64,000 bases of DNA from the NCBI GenBank assembly GCA_045046865.1, contig JASFYW010000028.1, forward strand, positions 31,930 through 95,929. Direction: 5' to 3'. The DNA is from Woeseiaceae bacterium. Lineage in GTDB: Bacteria > Pseudomonadota > Gammaproteobacteria > UBA6429 > Thiohalophilaceae. The notes under the pieces are model-generated. The model saw only the letters and a list, made by a program, of their open reading frames with translations, ran no database searches and had not been told where the DNA came from. The position numbers and the translations under genes were made by a program. Shown in pieces: positions 57,818 to 64,000 of the stretch (position 1 is the first letter of the stretch; every line of letters begins with the position of its first letter).

Positions 57818-58891
57818 TTATAAATGTGAATAAAGTCGGCCATAATTTAAAATGCCATAAGGATCAAAGCGCATTTTTAAATTAATATGAAATTGTTTTA
57901 GTTTGTTTTCTAATGCAGGAAAGCGTTCATTTACATCAGCTTCGGTCTTGATTTTAAACAGCGTTGCAGAACCACCTTGTTCGATTGCGTGTTGTTGAAT
58001 TTCTTCAGCACTTTTATCGCTATGTAGCCAATACAATGCACCTGCCCAATCGATAAAACAGTTTTCTTCGATAGCTACTTCAGAAACGTATGGCACAGAC
58101 ACGCGCCAAAGCGGTTTTTCTGAATCAAAAAAAGGCAGGGTTTGTTCATTAAGTTGTTGCCAAAAATTTTCAGTATGAACTAATTCGACGCCTTCAATTT
58201 TCTTCTGAGATGAGTCTACTGCACTCACTGCACCGCTTAAACGAACATACAGTTTTTCATCATGATAAGCCAAGCCAGAAAGTGGCAGTGAGGTTTGATT
58301 TAATGCATGCATTTTTGTAAGCGCGTCTTGTTGAGAAAGCGCAAAACATTGCGTCACTTCGGCTTGTGGTTTAGGTAACACCTTAATGGACATTTCTAAC
58401 AAGACGCCTAAGGTGCCTAATGCACCCACCATTAAACGTGAAACATCATAACCAGCAACATTTTTCATGACCTGTCCACCAAAGGACATCACTTCACCTT
58501 TACCGCTAAGAATTTTTACACCTAAAACAAAATCACGGGCTGAGCCAGTAAAAGGTCGGCGAGATCCAGAAAGCCCTGTGGCAATAGCGCCGCCTAACGT
58601 AGCATGTTCACCAAAGTGAGGTGGATCAAACGGTAACATTTGATTGTTTTCTGCAAGCAATGCTTGTAACTCTTTTAAAGGTGTTCCGGCTCGGGCAGTA
58701 ATAACAAGTTCACTGGGAGTGTAACTAATAACGCCTTGATGAATTCGCGTTTCAAGTATTTCAGTTTTTTCTAAAGGCCTGTTGCCATAAAAGGGTTTCG
58801 AGTTACCGCCGACAATGGTTAGCATTGTTTTATCATTCGAGGCAGCACGAACGCGATCTTGTAACTCTTGGGTTCTATTTCGGTTTTCCAT
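57818..58891 (-). CDS. glcE: glycolate oxidase FAD-binding subunit
   Basis: 357 aa, FAD-binding PCMH-type, located between glcD and glcF. Confidence 0.88.
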   Translation of the reverse strand: MENRNRTQELQDRVRAASNDKTMLTIVGGNSKPFYGNRPLEKTEILETRIHQGVISYTPSELVITARAGTPLKELQALLAENNQMLPFDPPHFGEHATLGGAIATGLSGSRRPFTGSARDFVLGVKILSGKGEVMSFGGQVMKNVAGYDVSRLMVGALGTLGVLLEMSIKVLPKPQAEVTQCFALSQQDALTKMHALNQTSLPLSGLAYHDEKLYVRLSGAVSAVDSSQKKIEGVELVHTENFWQQLNEQTLPFFDSEKPLWRVSVPYVSEVAIEENCFIDWAGALYWLHSDKSAEEIQQHAIEQGGSATLFKIKTEADVNERFPALENKLKQFHINLKMRFDPYGILNYGRLYSHL

Positions 58892-58893
58892 CT

Positions 58894-60366
58894 TTAAAAT
58901 CTTTCTAAGCTGGGGTGAGAAAGTAAACCATCATGCACATGCATACCGCCGAGTTCGGCGCAGCGGTGTAAGGTTGGCACGGCTTTTCCGGGATTTAATA
59001 ATTCTTTTGGATCAAACGAATGTTTAATGTCATGAAATATTTGTAATTCTAAGGGTTTAAATTGCACACACATTTGATCAATTTTTTCTTTGCCCACACC
59101 ATGTTCACCGGTGATAGTGCCGCCCGCTTTAACACAGAGTTCTAAAATTTTTCCACCAAACTCTTCTGTACGTTCTAACTCACCTTTGATATTTGCATCA
59201 TAAAGTATTAACGGGTGTAAGTTACCATCACCTGCATGAAACACGTTTGCCACTAGCAAACCATATTCTTTTGATAGTTCAGCAATTTTTTTCAAAATAT
59301 TAGGCAACTCATAACGAGGAATGGTGCCATCCATACAATAATAATCGGGGGAAATACGCCCAATGGCAGGGAAGGCTGACTTACGGCCTAACCAAAGTTT
59401 CAAGCGTTCCTCTTCATTTTTAGAGGTGCGTAAGCTGACCGCGCCTTTATTTGTTAAAAGTGTTTCAACAAAGGTAATTTGTTCAGAGACTTCTTCTTCG
59501 GTGCCATCAAGTTCACATAATAAAATCGCTTCGGCATCAATAGGGTAACCGGCGTGTGCATAGTCTTCTGCAGCACGAATGGCAGGGTTATCCATCATTT
59601 CCAAACCTGCGGGAATAATGCCTTCGGCAATAATGGCTCCTACTGCTTCACCTGCTTTCACAACATCATCAAACGCGGCAAGAATAACTTGTGCTTTTTC
59701 AGGACGAGGTAATAACTTAACCGTGACTTCTACAATCACTCCTAGCATTCCTTCAGAGCCTGTCATGAGTGCAAGTAAGTCATAGCCAGGCGAGTCTAAT
59801 GCTTGTGAACCGATGGTGATCAGTTCGCCATCAATGGTGACAACTTTGAGTTGTAAAATATTATGAACCGTTAAGCCGTATTTTAAACAATGTACGCCAC
59901 CAGCATTTTCTGCAACGTTGCCGCCAATGGAGCAAGCAATTTGTGATGAGGGATCAGGCGCATAATATAAATTATAATCTTCTGCTGCTTGGGTGATCGC
60001 TAAGTTACGCACGCCGGGTTGTACTCGCGCACTTCTATTTTCAGGGTTAACTTCTAAAATTTGATTAAACTTAGCAAGGCTAAGCAAGACACCTTTTGAT
60101 AAAGGTAATGCGCCACCAGAAAGGCCAGTACCTGCGCCACGCGCTACTACCGGCACACCGACGTTGTAACATGAAGTTAAAATATTTTGCACTTGCTCAA
60201 TGGTTTCGGGCAGCACTACAATCCAAGGTGTTTGTTGATACGCCGTTAAACCATCACATTCGTAAGGACGTTTTTGTTCATTACTTTCAAGAATACTTTC
60301 TTTGGGTAAGAGTTGATGTAAGTGTTTCCTAAGTATTTCTCTGTGTTCTTTTTTGGCTGTCGACAT
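58894..60366 (-). CDS. glcD: glycolate oxidase subunit GlcD
   Basis: 490 aa, FAD-linked oxidase (ARGAGTGLSGGALP, GEHGVGKEK). Confidence 0.92.
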   Translation of the reverse strand: MSTAKKEHREILRKHLHQLLPKESILESNEQKRPYECDGLTAYQQTPWIVVLPETIEQVQNILTSCYNVGVPVVARGAGTGLSGGALPLSKGVLLSLAKFNQILEVNPENRSARVQPGVRNLAITQAAEDYNLYYAPDPSSQIACSIGGNVAENAGGVHCLKYGLTVHNILQLKVVTIDGELITIGSQALDSPGYDLLALMTGSEGMLGVIVEVTVKLLPRPEKAQVILAAFDDVVKAGEAVGAIIAEGIIPAGLEMMDNPAIRAAEDYAHAGYPIDAEAILLCELDGTEEEVSEQITFVETLLTNKGAVSLRTSKNEEERLKLWLGRKSAFPAIGRISPDYYCMDGTIPRYELPNILKKIAELSKEYGLLVANVFHAGDGNLHPLILYDANIKGELERTEEFGGKILELCVKAGGTITGEHGVGKEKIDQMCVQFKPLELQIFHDIKHSFDPKELLNPGKAVPTLHRCAELGGMHVHDGLLSHPSLERF

Positions 60367-60505
60367 AACCTAATGATACCGCAGCTTGGGATTTGATTCT
60401 AAATTTAATCTGCTCAATACAAGTAATAGCGCGGCAATCTGTATGGTTATAGGTATAATTAAAAAAGATTGCCACGCTATCGTTGGTAACAACAGGTTTT
60501 ATGCG

Positions 60506-60925
60506 ATGAATAAAAAAGTAAATACCCAAGATGAAGATGTTAAAACTCGCTTAGACAAATGGTTATGGGCTGCGCGATTTTATAAAACCCGTCATCTTGC
60601 TGCTGAAGCAATTAATGGTGGTCATATTCATCATAATGGCCATCGCGTTAAACCTTCACGCGTGATTCAACTCGATGACAAACTCAGCATCCATAAAACT
60701 CCGTTTACTTTTGATGTGATTGTTAAAGGTTTAAGTGTGCGGCGTGGTCCGGCAAAAGAAGCGCAATTACTTTATAGTGAAAGTGAAGAAAGCATCAAAA
60801 AGCGTGAAGAATTAGCAATCCAAAGAAAACTCAATGCACAACAATTCCCTCATGCAGAACGTCGACCAGACAAACGTGATCGTCGCCGAATTATCCGTTT
60901 TAAAAATGTGAACAGAGAAAACTAA
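60506..60925 (+). CDS. hslR: ribosome-associated heat shock protein Hsp15 (S4 domain)
   Basis: Trimmed to ATG 60506. RLDKWLWAARFYKTRHLA ... RRPDKRDRRRIIRFK is colinear with E. coli HslR. Confidence 0.92.
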   Translation: MNKKVNTQDEDVKTRLDKWLWAARFYKTRHLAAEAINGGHIHHNGHRVKPSRVIQLDDKLSIHKTPFTFDVIVKGLSVRRGPAKEAQLLYSESEESIKKREELAIQRKLNAQQFPHAERRPDKRDRRRIIRFKNVNREN

Positions 60926-61389
60926 TGTCCAATTCCAATACTACACGCTACAGACCAACCACGCCCTTAATTGCCGCCGATGCCATTATTGAATTAACCG
61001 ATAAACCCAATCGCCCCATTGTTCTCATCGAGCGAAAAAATCCGCCCTACGGCTGGGCGATTCCCGGTGGATTTATGGATATTGGAGAGCGGTTAGAGGT
61101 TTGTGCAGTTCGAGAAGCCAAAGAAGAAGTTTGTTTAGAGGTGACATTAAAAGCCTTATTAGGCATGTATTCTGATCCCTCACGAGATGATCGTGGCCAT
61201 ACCGTGACAGCGGTTTATGTGGCTGAAGCCACAGGTGAGCCAGAAGCAGCAGATGACGCAAAGAATTTAGCCATTTTTGATATTGATAACTTACCTGAGC
61301 CCCTAGCCTTTGATCACGCGCAAGTGCTTGAAGATTATAGAAAATTTCGTGAAACGGGTCAGGTGACAGAGTTAAGGAAGGGTAAATAA
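60925..61389 (+). CDS. NUDIX hydrolase
   Basis: 154 aa with the Nudix box GGFMDIGERLEVCAVREAKEEVCL. Its start overlaps the hslR stop (TAATG). Confidence 0.88.
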   Translation: MSNSNTTRYRPTTPLIAADAIIELTDKPNRPIVLIERKNPPYGWAIPGGFMDIGERLEVCAVREAKEEVCLEVTLKALLGMYSDPSRDDRGHTVTAVYVAEATGEPEAADDAKNLAIFDIDNLPEPLAFDHAQVLEDYRKFRETGQVTELRKGK

Positions 61390-61397
61390 CCCTGCCT

Positions 61398-61530
61398 GTC
61401 ATTGCGAGCCATGTTTTTTATGGCGCGGCAATCTCATAATCAGTGCATTGAAGCTTGAGATTGTCACAGTCACTTTGTTCCCTCGCAATGACAGAATCTG
61501 TGGAACGCGCAGTAGTTCATTAAGTGCAAC
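61398..61530 (+). repeat. intergenic nested-hairpin repeat, copy C (module 1 + truncated module 2)
   Basis: GTCATTGCGAG..CGCGGCAATCTC-21 nt-GAGATTGTCACAGTCACTTTGTTCCCTCGCAATGAC, followed by ..GTAGTTCATTAAGTGCAAC. Confidence 0.9.
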
Positions 61531-61628
61531 AACAATTCAACCTTGAAACTGGCTAATTTATCCCCAAATAGTTAAAGAATAAGAATTCTCTAATATAGAG
61601 TGATTCATTTTTAATTTCGGAGGCCACC

Positions 61629-62009
61629 ATGGCAACAGTAGATTTAACCAATAGCAACTTCAAAGAAACTATCGACAGCAGTGACTTCATTATTTTAGAT
61701 TTTTGGGCGCCATGGTGTGGCCCTTGTAAGCAATTCGGCCCAGTTTTTACTGAAGTTTCTGAAAAGCACTCAGATATTGTTTTCGCGAAAATTAATACAG
61801 AAGACGAGCAAGAAATTGGTTCAATGATGAATATTCGTTCAATACCCACATTAATGATTATGCGTGAACAAGTGGTTCTTTATTCTGAAGCGGGTGCATT
61901 ATCAGCAACGGCTCTTGAAGAAGTGATTGAAAAAGCAAAGTCGCTTGATATGAAAGAAGTACATAAGCAAGTTGCTGAAGAACAAGCTAAAGCTAAAGCA
62001 GAAGCTTAA
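61629..62009 (+). CDS. thioredoxin
   Basis: 126 aa with the WCGPC active site and a GGAGG Shine-Dalgarno 5 nt upstream. It has a Lys/Ala/Glu-rich C-terminal extension relative to the 109-aa E. coli TrxA. Confidence 0.92.
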   Translation: MATVDLTNSNFKETIDSSDFIILDFWAPWCGPCKQFGPVFTEVSEKHSDIVFAKINTEDEQEIGSMMNIRSIPTLMIMREQVVLYSEAGALSATALEEVIEKAKSLDMKEVHKQVAEEQAKAKAEA

Positions 62010-62017
62010 TTTTTGTT

Positions 62018-62189
62018 GTCATTGCACTTAATGAACCGCTTCGCGTTTCGTCAGTATTACCCTACCCCTGCTTTACATGTCATTGCGAAGGAACAAAGTG
62101 ACTGCGGCAATCTCCAGTTACAGTGCGCTCATCATGAGATTGCCACGTCAGCACTGAAAAATACTTTTTCAGTGCTTCCTCGCAATGAC
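62018..62189 (-). repeat. intergenic nested-hairpin repeat, copy D (module 2 + complete module 1, inverted relative to copies A-C)
   Basis: Its reverse complement reads GTCATTGCGAGGAAGCACTGAAAAAGTATTTTTCAGTGCTGACGTGGCAATCTC-21 nt-GAGATTGCCGCAGTCACTTTGTTCCTTCGCAATGAC, followed by module 2 ..CTGACGAAACGCGAAGCGGTTCATTAAGTGCAATGAC. Confidence 0.9.
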
Positions 62190-62209
62190 CATTAATTTTA
62201 AATTAATGG

Positions 62210-63472
62210 TCACATCAACCCATTAAATGGTTGCACATCCACTAGCGTTCCGGCTTCGACATTGCCCCAGTCTTGCGGCAAGATAATAAAACAATTCGCT
62301 TTACTCATCCCGCTTAAAACATGACTGGCTTGCATGCCAATGCTTTCAACAACCAACTCACCTTGTTCGTTTGTTTGTAATATGCCGCGTTGAAGATCGG
62401 TACGCCCCGGTGATTTACGTAACGCAGATTTACATGCAACTTTAACAACCGTTGGCTTAGTTATCTTTCGTCCCATCATCGTTTTTAATGTAGGTAATGC
62501 AAATTGATAAAAGGTTGCCATAACAGAAACAGGGTTGCCGGGTAGGCCAAAGAAAACCGCATCATTTACAAATCCGAAAGCAAGAGGCTTACCGGGTTTC
62601 ATGGCTATTTTCCAAAAATCAACTTTCCCCAGTTTGTCTAACGTTTCTTTTACATAATCTGCTTCACCGACTGAAACACCGCCAGATGTCATAATCGCAT
62701 CGGCTTGTTCAGCAGCTGCAATAAAGGCTTTTTCTACCGCCGCTCGATCATCGGGAATAATGCCCATATCAATAAGCTCTACCCCTAAGTTAGTGAGCAT
62801 GCCGAAAATAGTGTAACGATTAGAGTCATAAATTTGGCCTTCATCTAACGCTTCATCGACATTACGTAACTCGTCACCGGTTGAGAAAAAGGCAACTCGA
62901 ATTTTTTTATAGACGCTGATTGACGCAACGCCTAAAGAAGCTAGAACGCCCAGCTCAGCAGGGGTGAGTTGTTGGCCGGGTTTTAAAACGACATCGCCGT
63001 CTTTAATGTCTTCACCTATGTGACGAACATTGTCATTTTTACAGTGACCACTTTGAATCGTAATCGCATCACCATCGGCCTGAACTTGCTCTTGCATGAT
63101 GACGGTATCTGTTCCCTTCGCCATCGGCGCGCCGGTCATAATACGAATGCACTCACCGGGTTTTACTTCACCTTCAAAAGGTATGCCCGCAAATGATTTT
63201 CCAACCATGGGTATGGTGTTGTTACCATTGCTGGGTAAGTCAGCCGAGTTGAAAGCATAACCGTCCATTGCAGAGTTCGCGTAGGGTGGAACATTAATGT
63301 TTGAGATAATGTCTTCTGCCAGTACGCGATTTAATGCATCACGTATAGATAGCGTTTCTGTTTCTTGTGTTTGCTTTACCGCTTGTGTCATGCGGGTGAT
63401 AGCTTCTTTAACATCAAGCCAAGGAGATTGTTTTTGTGGAGTGTCGCAAGAAACTGGTATTGATTTAGTCAT
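62210..63472 (-). CDS. moeA: molybdopterin molybdenumtransferase
   Basis: 420 aa with MoeA N, MoCF-binding (GGVSVGEADY) and C-terminal domains. It lies downstream of mobA. Confidence 0.92.
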   Translation of the reverse strand: MTKSIPVSCDTPQKQSPWLDVKEAITRMTQAVKQTQETETLSIRDALNRVLAEDIISNINVPPYANSAMDGYAFNSADLPSNGNNTIPMVGKSFAGIPFEGEVKPGECIRIMTGAPMAKGTDTVIMQEQVQADGDAITIQSGHCKNDNVRHIGEDIKDGDVVLKPGQQLTPAELGVLASLGVASISVYKKIRVAFFSTGDELRNVDEALDEGQIYDSNRYTIFGMLTNLGVELIDMGIIPDDRAAVEKAFIAAAEQADAIMTSGGVSVGEADYVKETLDKLGKVDFWKIAMKPGKPLAFGFVNDAVFFGLPGNPVSVMATFYQFALPTLKTMMGRKITKPTVVKVACKSALRKSPGRTDLQRGILQTNEQGELVVESIGMQASHVLSGMSKANCFIILPQDWGNVEAGTLVDVQPFNGLM

Positions 63473-63516
63473 GGGTAAACTCAGTATAGGTAATTGATAT
63501 TGTTACGATGAATTAA

Positions 63517-64000
63517 TTATCTCATAGTTTTCTGTAGATGTTGTTCGGCATTTTTTAAATCTTCTTCTGTGTTGATATTAATAAAGGCATCTGTACTATC
63601 AGAAAAACCAACGATTTTATGGGCTTGTTGCTGCATCCAAACGCGCGCTTTACGTTCGCCTTGCTGTAAAAAATGTTCAAGTGAGGGAGCAAGGCTTTTA
63701 TGAATTAAAGAAAACGTAGGTTGTAAATGTTCTCCGCTATCAGGGATAACAATTTTTACTTGTTGGTTGTTTTCCATTAAGCGAGTCGCCATATCTCGTG
63801 CAATAAACGGACTGTCAGCAGGTACGACAAGTAACCATTCATTTTTACACACCAGTAGAGCTTGCAAAATACCAGCAAGCGGGCCGGAAAAATCTTTGGT
63901 CGCGTCTTCTAAAACATCAAAATTGAGTTCTTTATAGCGCTCAATATTTCGGTTTGCACTGATCAGAACTTCTGAAACTTGTGGCTCGATGCGCTGAATA
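63517..64000 (-). CDS. mobA: molybdenum cofactor guanylyltransferase (5' end beyond window)
   Basis: By hand translation the frame stays open upstream of the ORF-track start (a TTG codon) to the window edge: ..ISANRNIERYKELNFDVLEDATKDFSGPLAGILQALL..WLLVVPADSPFI. This is colinear with E. coli MobA. Confidence 0.88.
   Translation of the reverse strand, partial: IQRIEPQVSEVLISANRNIERYKELNFDVLEDATKDFSGPLAGILQALLVCKNEWLLVVPADSPFIARDMATRLMENNQQVKIVIPDSGEHLQPTFSLIHKSLAPSLEHFLQQGERKARVWMQQQAHKIVGFSDSTDAFININTEEDLKNAEQHLQKTMR

Noticed and set aside
62013-62195. 60-aa ORF ending in ..LPRNDH. Also the 98-aa ORF 61553..61849 on the minus strand.
   Set aside because: The first is a read-through of repeat copy D. 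The RND-type peptide comes from CTCGCAATGAC, a typical spurious translation of this kind of repeat. The second overlaps the thioredoxin gene antisense and the repeat-adjacent spacer.
1-64000. Searched for hallmarks of a mobile or defence island: integrase, transposase, tRNA-adjacent boundaries, restriction-modification, toxin-antitoxin pairs, reverse transcriptase, cas genes, nucleases/helicases of unknown type, and abrupt compositional shifts.
   Set aside because: None was found. Gene content is core-like throughout and composition looks uniform by eye. I therefore do not propose a novel multi-gene defence or mobile system here.

Overview
This is a 64-kb stretch of a visibly AT-rich gammaproteobacterial chromosome. 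I cannot name the species from sequence alone. It carries about 52 tightly packed protein genes, and nearly all are recognisable core or signalling functions. In order they are: GalT-like enzyme, dapA-bamC-MBL hydrolase-purC, an MCP, parE-parC, a HAMP/class III nucleotide cyclase plus lipoprotein operon, htpX-like protease, DUF1015, a FimX-type REC-PAS-GGDEF-EAL protein plus a large PilZ-like partner, the full EF-P lysylation set epmB/efp/epmA, psd, SCO1-PCuAC, two histidine kinases, a fatty-acid hydroxylase, a DBD-less S24 peptidase, a rhodanese, a class V aminotransferase, ppsA/ppsR, htpG, a GT1-like glycosyltransferase, rsmJ, a P-type ATPase, deaD, yaiI, two tandem HDOD-GAF paralogues, an Rrf2 regulator, Lon-like protease-bolA, ycgL, glcDEF, hslR, NUDIX, thioredoxin, and moeA-mobA (mobA runs off the window). 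I saw no rRNA, tRNA, CRISPR, transposase, integrase, phage or known defence genes. I therefore do not claim a convincing new multi-gene system. The structure not explained by the genes is mostly non-coding or sub-threshold. (1) A modular nested-hairpin repeat family has 4 copies plus relatives. Its 21-nt central loop occurs in both orientations relative to asymmetric flanks, and two inverted copies bracket the thioredoxin gene. (2) Two unannotated, apparently paralogous mini-ORFs (24 and 36 aa, hydrophobic) with good Shine-Dalgarno sites lie in a 750-bp otherwise empty spacer between the HDOD-GAF pair and the Rrf2/Lon-like genes. (3) Several atypical signalling proteins are present: degenerate receivers, a Cys4-headed orphan kinase next to copper chaperones, and a LexA C-terminal domain without a DNA-binding domain. 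All homology statements come from motif and sequence recognition by eye. No database search was run.
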